This document shows, one piece after another, positions 12,011 to 23,247 of a stretch of 32,693 nucleotides of DNA. The stretch lies in contig NC_068992.1 of the NCBI RefSeq assembly GCF_001194135.2, positions 56,635,699 through 56,668,391 on the forward strand. The letters run 5' to 3'. This DNA is from Octopus bimaculoides. Taxonomy: Eukaryota. The notes under the pieces were generated by a model that did no database searches, was not told where the DNA came from, and saw only the letters and a program-made list of their open reading frames with translations. The first letter of the stretch is position 1; each line of letters opens with the position of its first letter. A program made the translations under genes and the position numbers.

Positions 12011-14189
12011 ATACACAACTATATTGTTGATATACTACACCTAGACACACATGAATGCCATATCTCAGCAGTATTGTTTACAGCGATATATCACAAGTAT
12101 AAAACAACCATATATCTCATAGATCTTAATATTTATGAATAGTAATATATCTTTGGTATATGTACTACAATAATACAACCGACCTAACTACATAACAATC
12201 GTATCTTAATATATACTAATATCCCTGAACGTTATATATATATACGTAGAGGTTCATTGAGCATCTTGACTGGATGGGAAAGACGATATATACACGGATA
12301 CATTGTAACTCTGTAAACTATGACGTATTGTAACATTATACATGATAGTGATATTTCCGATGCCTGTACAAAATCGCAGAATATTTCAACCACCCATAGA
12401 TCCGTTTTAAATAAACAGTGAAAATATGCCAGTGGTATATCTCACCAATGTATATATAAACAATGATACCAGCAAACCTAACTACATTACAATGATATTT
12501 CTCACCTCGATACATAATGATATATTGCACACAAATATATAACAAGGATGTAGCACATAAAGGCACCGTTTGCAAGTGTGTAAGGCACTTTAATTTAGGC
12601 AATATAAGTAAAAAATAAATGGAATTAAACAAAACTAATTTTTCATTAGTTCAGTTGTCAAAAGTTTTCATGTTTTTCGAACAAATTTCATATGATTAAC
12701 GTAATTTTTGTATGTCTTCTCCAATTGCATGACTATACAGTTTAGCCAATGAAACATGGAAACTGGTATCATATGTTGATAAAACTGGAAACATATTTCT
12801 CCGCTTATTTCCCAGAAATGTTCTCTTCTGTTTTAACACACACACACATGTACATATATATTTATCTATATATATGTTACATCTAACTACCCCTGTCTCT
12901 GTCTGTCTCTCTTTCTCCACACATAAACACGCACACACGTATGCACACCCGCACACGGAGACACACATATCACAACAAATCATTTCTACATACACAAACA
13001 GTTGTTAACCTGCCGGTTTGTCACGGAGTCAATGTGTCACTTTTGTTTACGAGTTTCGAATCCGTTATTTAATTAGGGTTTTATAGATTTCGTGTAAAAC
13101 GAACATTTGCCAATACACATAAATACATAATTAAATTAGTTATAAAACCTAAATGTCTTGTCTAAATAAAAATAATAAAACACGGCAGGAACTCGTAAGC
13201 ATGATAATTAAATGCAATGGATCATATGGTAAAAAGATATTGACCAAAAAAAAATCACGAGATAGCAGGCACAACAGTCCTGCATAATGATAGTTTATCA
13301 GTTATGGGTTTAATAAAATTGTAAGTTATGACATGAACACTTCGTTAAAAATATGATTTTGTTGATATGTTTACCTCACAACCAAACATGTTGGGAAGTA
13401 ATGTAAATCATATGAGGTTCTGGAATAATTCCTGTCTGTACTGAGAGAAAAGAATTGTCGTATTAGAAATAAAGTATATTTTGAGAAAATTATTACATAA
13501 ATCTAAGGAAAATATAAACAGAAATATTATTCTGATTGCGTGGTTGTAGTTATTATTTTCTCTTTCATAGTGTCTATAAAATTGTGTGATAATTTTCCTC
13601 ATATAATTACTGTAAGCATTGGACCACTCGAGTAAAAGTGTTTATTTCATGGAATTCGTCTTGGTTCGTTCTTAATTCCCAGCGCCTTGAGGAATTTCAT
13701 TTTTTGTCAATGGTTACGAATATGTTAATTTTTTTATGTAACATTTAAATCGAAACCAATATTTTTACCGGTACAAATAATAAACATTAATCCATAAAGA
13801 GTGAAATGGGTTCGAATCCATAATACCTCAGAAAGTGGCAGCCGTACGAGAGACAAAACAGTCTGTGAATGAAAGACAGAGGCTTCTCTGTTATCGCTCT
13901 GGCCACTAGGAATGACAGTTATTCTAAATTCAACTCGGTTCTACCATTTTAGAAATGGGCACGTAGGATAATTATCTGATTGAACACAGTTATAATGTGT
14001 TTGTCGAGCGAATGAGGGAAATCCACAAATCTAATACTTTTTTTTCAATTAATCCATACCTGGGTCATTTTCGAAGACGGTAGGGTTGGAAATCGAGTAT
14101 CAATAAGATAGCAACAATACCAGTACGATCGACCACAAACCGGTTATTTCTATGAAACACAGTGTAGGAGAAAATATACGCTCTACCTT

Positions 14190-14520
14190 TTATCTTTTTA
14201 TTGTTTTAATCATTGGACAGAGGCCGCTTCAGGAGGCCGCTTTGATAGATTTAGTCAGGCAAATCGCTCTTCCTTTATTAAAAACCTGGTACATATACTA
14301 TCGTATCATTTGTTGAACCTCTAAGTTAAGTAAAGTAAATAAACCAACATTTGTTGTCAATTGCTGCGTGGGTCTCTCACACAGACACACATACACACAC
14401 ACACACACATATGTACATATAAGCGTGGTTTCCCTGTAGTTTCCGTCTACCAAATTTACTCACATGGTATCGGGCAGTTAATCCCATAGTAGAAAACACA
14501 TGCGGAAAGTTCAAGTGTAC
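14190..14520 (-). mobile_element. SINE type A, old near-full-length copy with internal (CA)n
   Basis: A diverged 3' half (14190-14385), then (CA)n, then GTAGTTTCCGTCTACCAAATTTACTCACA..TAGTAGAAAACACATGC, the reverse complement of the 5' half. Confidence 0.7.
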
Positions 14521-14883
14521 ACTGGACGTTATATTGTTGCAAAGCGAACCCTTTTGGATATTTTAAAATTTGCACTATATATTTTTAAGCACAATTTATT
14601 GAGCTGTAATAGAATGGAAATTTATTTTGACAAGTAACAGTTGCTAATTTCAAACTAGATTTATTTATTAGATCAAATACATTCTAAAATAAACTGACAA
14701 TAAATAATGAAGTAATGAATATTATTTAAATACTTATTTGTAATAGTTGATATAATTTAGTGAATTACAGATGACATCTGGATATATTTTGATTTACTAT
14801 TAGATATTGTGTGATTAGACGGTTTGTGCAAAATTATGTGTAATTACGTCAAATGTTATTGTCTGAGATTTTGTTTCATCCGT

Positions 14884-15090
14884 TCTCTTTTACTTGTTTC
14901 AGTCAAGAGACTGCGGCCATGCTGGGGCATCGCTTTGCAGAATTTTTAGTCGAATGAATCAGTCTAAGTATTTTTTAAAGACTGCTACGTGTATTCCTTC
15001 TATCAGTCTCTTTTGTTGAACGGCTGTGTTACAGTGTGTAATCATACCAACATCAATCGTCAAGCGGCGATGGGGCCACAAACACAGACT

Positions 15091-15164
<74 letters not shown>

Positions 15165-15305
15165 GTACACGACTAACTCTTTTCAGTTTCCGTCAATCAA
15201 ATCCAATCACAAGGCTATAGTAGAAGACACCTGGCCAAATACCACATAGCTGGACTGAACCTAGAACCATGTGGTAAGCTTCTTGCCATACAGCTGCGCT
15301 TGAGC
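14884..15305 (-). mobile_element. SINE type A, full-length copy with internal (CA)n
   Basis: 3' half with TTTTACTTGTTTCAGTC..TGCGGCCATGCTGGGGCA (14884-15093), (CA)n at 15094-15160, and 5' half at 15165-15305 ending CCATACAGCTGCGCTTGAGCC. Confidence 0.88.
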
Positions 15306-15559
15306 CTTTTGTTTTCCTACGCACTAAAATTTATATATACGCATCTCATTAATGAGTAGAAATGTATTGTTAATAGATTTCAAGACTCTGTTACCAGTTG
15401 TTATGCCTTCCATCAAAAGTCAATTGTTTGACTGAAAAAATTTCGAATCTAGCTAGATTTATTTTCGTCAGTTTTCTACCTGCTGGAAGTCTTATTACCT
15501 ACCGTTCTTCATAACTAGAATTATGTGGTTTTACAAACGCTTTTGATTTGATATACATA

Positions 15560-15749
15560 GGCGTAGGAGTGGCTGTGTGGTAAGTAGCTTGCTTACCAAC
15601 CACATGGTTCCGGGTTCAGTCCCACTGCATGGCACCTTGGGCATGTGTCTTCTACTATAGCCTCGAGACAACCAAAGCCTTGTGAGTGGATTTGGTAGAC
15701 AGAAACTGAAATAAGCCCGTCGTATATATGTATATGTATATATATATAT
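15560..15749 (+). mobile_element. SINE type A, 5' half, running into a gap at its internal (TA)n
   Basis: GGCGTAGGAGTGGCTGTGTGGTAAG (A-box-like), GGGTTCAGTCCC (B-box-like) and CCTTGGGCATGTGTCTT; close match to 27581. Confidence 0.92.
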
Positions 15750-16639
15750 NNNNNNNNNNNNNNNNNNNNNNNNNNNNNNNNNNNNNNNNNNNNNNNNNNN
15801 NNNNNNNNNNNNNNNNNNNNNNNNNNNNNNNNNNNNNNNNNNNNNNNNNNNNNNNNNNNNNNNNNNNNNNNNNNNNNNNNNNNNNNNNNNNNNNNNNNNN
15901 NNNNNNNNNNNNNNNNNNNNNNNNNNNNNNNNNNNNNNNNNNNNNNNNNNNNNNNNNNNNNNNNNNNNNNNNNNNNNNNNNNNNNNNNNNNNNNNNNNNN
16001 NNNNNNNNNNNNNNNNNNNNNNNNNNNNNNNNNNNNNNNNNNNNNNNNNNNNNNNNNNNNNNNNNNGAGAGAGAGAGAGAGAGAGAGAGTATAAACTATA
16101 TTTCGCTCATCGTTAATTCAAATAAATAATTGGTATTGTAAAAAAAAATGTAGTTTGTGGATATCTCTTAAAATGTACAAAGGTAAACTTTTTTTAGTTG
16201 GCTCTATGAGTCTTATGCAAATCAGAACAATCCAATTTTATGAAAGCCACTATTTCCAAATGCAACCAGCTATGATCATAAACTATATATGTCTATGAAG
16301 GAAGAGGAGGCAGGTACATAATAAGATGTATCTGTTTTATCTCAGTGAAACCTAATAAAATCAGCTATAAAATTTTGCTTAATTATCCATAAGAAGTTTT
16401 TAATGCAACTACAATCAATGCAAGTATATACTTACACACACACACACACACACGTACACACGCGTGCACGCACACACATACAGAGACACAAATGCGTGCA
16501 CACACCCACACACTCGTATGCACATACACATACGCACATGTATACATTCACATACATATTATGTAAAAGTTGCAAATTCGATATTTGTCTTCTATCAAAT
16601 GTTGACTTTTTAATTTAAGTATGCTTCTGGCCAAAGCTC

Positions 16640-16749
16640 TATACGAATATATAATATATACATATGTGCATATATTTACATCACACACACACACATATAT
16701 CAGTGTGCGTGTGTGTCTGTCTCTGTGTAAGTATGTGTGTCTGTGTATC

Positions 16750-16781
<32 letters not shown>

Positions 16782-16795
16782 TGTATGTATGTATC

Positions 16796-16826
<31 letters not shown>

Positions 16827-16836
16827 CCATCCATCC

Positions 16837-16894
<58 letters not shown>

Positions 16895-16930
16895 GTATCT
16901 ATCCATCTATCTATATAAACATATATATAG
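16640..16930. repeat. Compound (TA)/(CA)/(TATG)n/(TATC)n microsatellite
   Basis: Directly visible. Confidence 0.95.
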
Positions 16931-17298
16931 ATTCAGATGAATATGGTACTTAAGTTGAGGCACAAAAATTTAGTACTGTATTATCCATACAATTTCAAAG
17001 TAAGGTTATTAAAATCAAAATACCGCAGTACGATCGTTTCATGCATTTAATTGAACAATGCAATCATTACCTCAATTTAAATGCAAACCAATCCTCAGCT
17101 GCACAGAGACATAGAATTTAATTAAATTAAAACAGAGGGACACATTAGTATAATTATACCTAAAATTTCCAAGAAGCTAAGGGGATAGACAAAGAACATG
17201 CTGCCTTCACTCCAGCAATTAAATGGAGTTGCATGAAACGATCGAACTGCATTACTTCTGTTGCTTATTTTCTTGTTGCTTATTTTCATGATAATAGT

Positions 17299-17430
17299 AG
17301 CGGTGCTCCAGCATGGCCATAGCCTTCTGGCAAAGGTGTGGCTGTGTGGTAAGTGGCTTGCTCCCAAACGCATGGTTCTGGGTTCCGTCCCACAGCGTGG
17401 TGCCTTGACCAAATGTTTTCTATTATAGCC
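17299..17430 (+). mobile_element. SINE type A fragments (3'-end piece followed by a 5' head)
   Basis: GCGGTGCTCCAGCATGGCC, then GTGGCTGTGTGGTAAGTGGCTTGCT..GGGTTCCGTCCCAC..TTCTATTATAGCC. Confidence 0.8.
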
Positions 17431-17439
17431 ACCGTCTAT

Positions 17440-18929
17440 AAACAATAAACAGTTTTTCAAAGATATGAACGAAATATTAATTTTCAAACGTTACATAAAT
17501 ATGCACACCCTGAAGTAAATTTGCTATATTCAATATTTTATCCACTTTTTTTTTTTTACTAAATTCAAATACTGCTGATAATTTCAATTCTAATAAAATA
17601 TTTCTTCTGGCATTTTTGCACAGTCATTGTTATTGCATGAGCAAGAATTCTGATTTGTGTACCGTGGTGGAGATCTTCTTCATTGTGATTAAAATGTCAC
17701 CAAAAGAAAAGAATTGTCTGAAGATTTCAAGAAAATTACTTTTAATTTGCACAAGAATGGTTTAGTATACAAGCTAATTAGCAAACGAATACATATTAGC
17801 GTGAACACAGTTGCCAAAGTAATTCAGAAGTACAAAACTACTGGACGACTAAGCAATAAACATCGTCCGGGCCGTCCTTCAATTTTAAATGTGCGTGATA
17901 TTCGCCACATTCAATGTTGCATGATGAACGACAGGTGTCGTAACGCTTCATCTTTGGCACAAGAAGTGTTTTTCGTTAGTGGAAAGAGTGTATCAGTCCA
18001 AACAGTTAGCCGAAGTTTAAACAGTTCGGTCTTCTTGGACGCATTCTACGTAGAAAGCCTCTTCTCACTACCAGGTATAAATCAAGTCATTTTTCTTTTA
18101 CCGAAACCTATCTGAGTAAGGGGAAGGAGTTTTGGAATATTTTTTTTTCGGACGAGACTAAAATCAACTTGTTTGAATCAGATGGTATTAAACGAATATA
18201 GTGACAACTAGGTGAAGATAATAACGGTGGAAGTGTTATGCTTTTGGGATGCATGAGTGCTGCTCGTGCGGGAAGACTCACCTTTATTGAGAGGACAATG
18301 GATTCAAAGAATTCTTGTGACATATTGCAAAAAAAAAAGAACAATGTTGAAAAGCATCAAGAAACTAGTAAGACATTCCATGTTCTAACATGATAATGAC
18401 CCAAAACAAGTATCAAAGATGGCGACTAAGGAGGTTACAGGAAAAGATGTAAAGGTATTGCCTTGGCCTACCATGTCACCCGATTTAAACCCATAGAACA
18501 TATGTTGGGTGTTTTGAAAAGGATGTTGAAGAGAAAAAAACCCCGCAATATAACACAGTTGAAAGACATCATTCAGGATGAATGGAGGACGATTTTATCG
18601 GTTATATGTGGAAATTTAGCCGACTGTATGCCCAGAAGACTTAATGCGGTCATTGAAAGCAAGGGTAGTCTCACCAAATATTGAATATAGCAAATAATAC
18701 TTTAGGGTGTACATATTTTTGTGTCGTTTGAAAATTACTATTTCGTTCATATCTTTGAAAATGTTTATTGTTTTGTGTTTCAAATTTGTATAATGTTTGC
18801 ATGTATAATATATTTTATTATACAGTATAATACATTTTATTATTCAGTATATAATTCATTTGATTCCCTTCGACATTATCAGAGTAATGGCAATTTAACT
18901 GAAGTTGTTTGGGAGTGTACACACGACTG
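17440..18929 (+). mobile_element. Near full-length Tc1 (DD34E) DNA transposon with long terminal inverted repeats, inactive
   Basis: Inverted repeats 17440-17538 and 18676-18773 match each other. The right arm continues to CACGACTG at 18929, while the left arm is truncated. A frameshifted transposase lies between them. Confidence 0.92.
17694..18684 (+). pseudogene. Tc1 transposase pseudogene
   Basis: The pieces read SEDFKK..LHKNG..YKLISKRIHISVNTVAKVIQKYKTTG..RPGRP (paired-like HTH and GRPR-like motif), FSDETKINLF, GGSVML.GC, HDNDPK..WPTMSPDLNP/IEH and MPRRLNAVIESKGSLTKY*. D-to-E spacing is 34 after correcting a -1 frameshift near 18490. It carries multiple frameshifts and stops. Confidence 0.92.
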
Positions 18930-19083
18930 TGAGATACTGCACATGCATACATATACATATAAAAACATTCACCCATAGGTAAGGAGATTATCTCGTAGTT
19001 AGACGACGTACGAAGGCTCCGAAATTTCTCGCCCAACTACCACACAGATAATTTATTTATAGTGATCAAATAATACATATATA

Positions 19084-19617
19084 CTGGCACATGGGCAAAA
19101 GTAGGTATACCGCTGCTTAATACGAGTTGAATGTTCTTTTCTTTCCTCTATTTCTTTTAAAAATCTAAACGAGTCATAAGTCGACTAAAGGATCTGATAT
19201 ATGGCGATTTTGAGTGAATGGTTGATCCACCAGCATTTAATTTCTCTACCCGTAACTCTAAGTCATGGACTGCTTTTGTGCACATTGCAGATGCATCCCG
19301 TTTGCTCAAATTTGTCCTGTATTCTGTAAACTCTTGATGGAGCTGATCTTTCAAATTCTTCAGTCCATTTCCGTCTAACCCTTTCTGCATTCATTATTTC
19401 CCAGTACAGATTGATGATCAATTTTTGGTACATAGCTGGTCAAAATTCCAACCATATAATAAATACCTGAAATCAGGAATAATTATATTATTACAAAAAA
19501 GAAGTCGTGGTAAATAACATAGAATCATAGAATTTTTAACTGAAAAAACGAAATAGAGAAATGAAGAAAAAGTTTCCACGCATATTAAGCAACCGTATAT
19601 CTACTTTTTGTCTGCTG
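19084..19617 (-). mobile_element. Internally deleted IS630-Tc1-mariner element with DUF4817-like N-terminus and ~65-bp TIRs
   Basis: Left arm GGCAAAAGTAGGTATACCGCTGCTTAATACGAG..TTTCCTCTATTTC versus right arm reverse complement GACAAAAAGTAGATATACGGTTGCTTAATATGCG..TTTCTCTATTTC, with TA at both ends. The minus frame reads INLYWEIMNAERVRRKWTEEFERSAPSRVYRIQDKFEQTGCICNVHKS. Confidence 0.8.
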
Positions 19618-19669
<52 letters not shown>

Positions 19670-19726
19670 TTATGTATGTATATATGTATGTGTGTATGTA
19701 TGTATATATGTATGCATGTATGTATA
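19618..19726. repeat. (TA)n/(TATG)n microsatellite
   Basis: Directly visible. Confidence 0.95.
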
Positions 19727-20073
19727 CAGGAGAACCTCGCAGTGCGAGTGGAAATCTGCAGTACGAGCGAGTTTCATACAAGCACAAATCGTTCCATCAT
19801 TTTGGCAATTCAGTTAATAAAACCAGTTTACATATTTCTTTTGCATTCTCATTTTTTTATATAATTGTTATTTTACTTGCAATAACATTTTACTTCTAAC
19901 TATATTTTACTTGTAAATTTTCTGCTTTAAAACCTATAAAAAAATTATTTTTGAGTGGTCTGTTGGGGCTGGAACGGATTAAATATATTTTAGTTAATTT
20001 CAATACGGAAAATTGATTTGTTAAACGAGTAAGTCCTAAGACGAACTCGGTAATGTAACGAATTAAACTCGTA
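19727..20073 (+). mobile_element. pogo/Tigger-like non-autonomous element (MITE), right end truncated
   Basis: Starts TA|CAGGAGAACCTCGCAGTGCGAGT. The right part GGAACGGATTAAATATATTTT..ACGGAAAATTGATTTG..GTAACGAATTAAACTCGTA resembles recalled Tigger/MER subterminal motifs. Confidence 0.65.
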
Positions 20074-20172
20074 CTATATACAGTATATGTATATATATAT
20101 ACAGTATATGTATATATATATACAGTATATGTATATATATATACAGTATATGTATATATATATATATACAGT
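20074..20172. repeat. 21-bp minisatellite (CAGTATATGTATATATATATA) x ~4.5
   Basis: CAGTA starts at 20081, 20102, 20123, 20144 and 20169. Confidence 0.95.
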
Positions 20173-20334
20173 AAAGAAAATCTTGTCAGTATTGGAACTG
20201 AAAATCGTGAATAATTAGAAGAAATATCGAGTGATGACTCCGCCAATATCTGTACTCTTACACAGATGTAATTTGTATATTAGGCAAAAGCAGTTATGTT
20301 GGAAGTGATGAATTTATAACATTAACTAACTGGT

Positions 20335-20395
20335 CTATACTATCGACCTCAAAACAATGAAATAGAAAACACGCCGGCGGCATTTGAACTCATAG
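20335..20395 (-). mobile_element. SINE type B fragment
   Basis: ACTGGTCTATACTATCGACCTC..GGCGGCATTTGAACTCATAG resembles the reverse complement of the type B core. Confidence 0.55.
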
Positions 20396-20478
20396 TGCAG
20401 ACATCTAGAAGGAACGATGATAAGCATGTCATCCGACACTGAAACGACCTTGTGGACTTGTATATACAAGCGCACATG

Positions 20479-20511
<33 letters not shown>

Positions 20512-20609
20512 NNNNNNNNNNNNNNNNNNNNNNNNNNNNNNNNNNNNNNNNNNNNNNNNNNNNNNNNNNNNNNNNNNNNNNNNNNNNNNNNNNNNNNNNN
20601 NNNNNNNNN

Positions 20610-20712
20610 GTACTTATTCTATCAGTCCCTTTTGCCGAACCGCTAAATTACGCGGATGTAAACACACCAACATCGATTGTGGTTGGGGTCAAGCTTCTTA
20701 CCATACAGCCAT
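20610..20712 (-). mobile_element. SINE type A, internally deleted fragment
   Basis: GTACTTATTCTATCAGTCCCTTTTGCCGAACCGCTAAATTACG..ACACCAACATCGATTGT, then AAGCTTCTTACCATACAGCC. Confidence 0.75.
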
Positions 20713-21029
20713 TCTTCATCAAATTATTTCTCTGTCATTTATGACTTATTACATATAGGTATATATACCTCCCCCCACACACAAACACACACACATACCT
20801 TATTCAATACTTTCGAACATCAGCGATGGTCTTGATTTTGTTAAAAGAAATGTCTGGAGAAGTTATAAATGACGTAGTTAGATTTTAGGAGTTGATTAGA
20901 CAGAAGTGTATTAAATCATATACCACCAAAATCTATTAGCTCCTGAGATCATGACAAGGAAACTTGATCACAGTATTATTCGTAGATCACAAAACTTTGA
21001 GGGATGTAAGTTTGAAGACATGTGGTCTA

Positions 21030-21245
21030 GTACTTTTCCTATCGGGCTCCTTTGCCGATCCGCTAAGTTCTTGGTTCCGATTCCCACACCGGCAGTGCCC
21101 TGTCTTCTTGAGCAAAACACTTAATTTTACGTTGCTCCAGTCTTCTCGGCAGTAAATAGGAAATGCTGCGACGGCCTGAGGTTCCCTTCATGAGGAATGT
21201 TGATCTACTCACCTGACCAACGTGATGGCATCATTTGAAAGTTAC
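21030..21245. mobile_element. SINE debris: type A 3' fragment (-) fused to another tRNA/CORE-like SINE (type D, +)
   Basis: TACTTTTCCTATCGGGCTCCTTTGCCGATCCGCTAAGT (type A, reverse), then GGTTCCGATTCCCACACCGG..CTTGAGCAAAACACTTAATTTTACGTTGCTCCAGT (B-box-like plus CORE-like). Confidence 0.55.
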
Positions 21246-21951
21246 CAAATGCGAAGAAGGATATTGTGACAATTGGTGGGTAACAAGACACAATTGAATG
21301 GTTGATAGATTTGCGTCTGTTAGTCTACCAGTTATGTTATTTCCTGATCAGTTTTGTTTCATATTAATGAAAAGTGAATTGTGTACAACTATATGTAGAA
21401 ACGAATGTATTGAGAAATAACTTAAATAACATGGATGAAGATGGAATGTTATTTAAAATACGTGAATTTCATCAAGGTTTTTGTAAGGAAGTATCGAAGA
21501 AAGAGAAAGCGTTTGGCTGTTAACTAAATGGATGTACAAGACTTTTCGATTGGATCAAGATTGTAACATTTACAAAGTATTGTGGTTTGGTCCTCAATAG
21601 CAGCTGAGTCAATAAAATAATATTGTCGAATCGATTTTCACTGAAAATACCCTATAAAGTTCGTTCTTCTTCTTTTCAATATATAAAAGACTAACACAGG
21701 GAAAGATCGAAGCAGTTTGTGCGCATAGAGAAACAAAGGTCTGATATACAATGTTACCAAACGCGAAAGCGGATATGGAATTATTAGGAAGACAATGAAC
21801 CGAAATTAATACTTCCATACAAAAGGATATCCATAAATCATCTGGGAAATAGCAGTTAGTTTTGGGCAATTGCTTTTCAAGTTTAGCTATGCGTTCAAGT
21901 AAATGCAGTGAAGGTATGTAGGTGTGTATACGTATTGTATAAATACATACG

Positions 21952-21954
<3 letters not shown>

Positions 21955-22034
<80 letters not shown>

Positions 22035-22065
22035 CTATCTATCTATATATATATATTTATATTTA
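21955..22065. repeat. (CA)n then (TA)/(TCTA) microsatellite
   Basis: Directly visible. Confidence 0.95.
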
Positions 22066-23247
22066 TATGTTCTTGTCCCATTAAATAAGCAGAAAGAGAT
22101 ATCGTCTTTTCACGGATATAAAACCCGAAATAGCGAAACAAATTTATATAGTTATGTTTAGTCTCTTATGCTATCTCCGATATCACATGAAGCGCCATAT
22201 AAACTATTAATATTGGTTTCCAACTTTGACACAATGACAAATTCATGTAATAGAAATATAACTGTTTGAATCGATTTTACTATACACTTACATAAACTGA
22301 GTTAAGTTTTCTCCTGTATTAGCCCAGGTTTCGTCTAAGTTAATAGCACTACATCATACATTCCTTATCTTATATTATGTGACTCCAAAGACCAAAGAGT
22401 TGGGATACTGAAGCATATCCAGTTGACGTGGTTGTGTTGCTCTGATATTTCTTACCGGAATTTTTCTTTTTACAGTATGGTCTTATTATGGGCCCACCAA
22501 TATTTTATTTACTTTGGAATGATGTTTAATAGAAAACAACTGCTTGAAGTTCAGTTTTCATCTGTAGCATTCATTTCTTGGTATGGAAATGTGCTGAGAA
22601 AAATCCTTGCATGATTTCTGTAATAGTTGAAGCTCTCATAAAATCAGCGCCGCATTCTCTTAGGAAGGGAATTTACCTGATATCTAATATTTCATCAGAA
22701 ATATTAGCTTATATGGTTGCCATGAAACGCAAAAGTGAAATGAAACGTAACAAAGTCATGTCCCCAATCTATTAATACTGTTGCGGATGATTTTTGTGGG
22801 TCTACTTCGCACGCAAACTTGTTAAGACCCTCCACCTTCCAAGTCTTATGGTTCTTAATCTCGTGTTGCAACAAGGAAGTATTTTTTTCTGGTCCGATAT
22901 ATTTCTCAGTTGGTGGTTGTTATCAACGTTTTGTGTCTAGATGCCATGTTTGCCAAAAGTTAATGCCACACTATTAACGTCAACAACCATATCTGTTCAT
23001 CAAATCTAATCGTCCTTTTAAGCAAAGAAGCATCGTCTTTGTGCTTTCTTTGTATTCATCGGCAAACAAGTATTTGTTTATTGGTATTGATGAATAATTT
23101 TTCTCTTGCTTTCCATGGGTACCACATTTCTTCGTTCGCTGTCATTCATTGCTTGACTTCGTTATTTTCCATTACCATCTTCCTCGAATATGTCCACTGA
23201 AAATGGGGATTAGCTGAGCTGTTGTAGTCCCCGTTGACCCACACACT

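Noticed and set aside
19157-19390. Protein-like ORF MQKGLDGNGLKNLKDQLHQEF...
   Set aside because: An alternative frame of the DUF4817-type transposase relic lying between TIRs.
22677-22710. Another phase-compatible minus-strand exon candidate (ANISDEILDI)
   Set aside because: Weak AAG acceptor; it shows how easily such candidates arise by chance.
23050-23150. Possible Tigger/CENP-B HTH start on the minus strand (RRNVVPMESKRKIIHQYQ)
   Set aside because: Short, stop-interrupted, and no TIR found.
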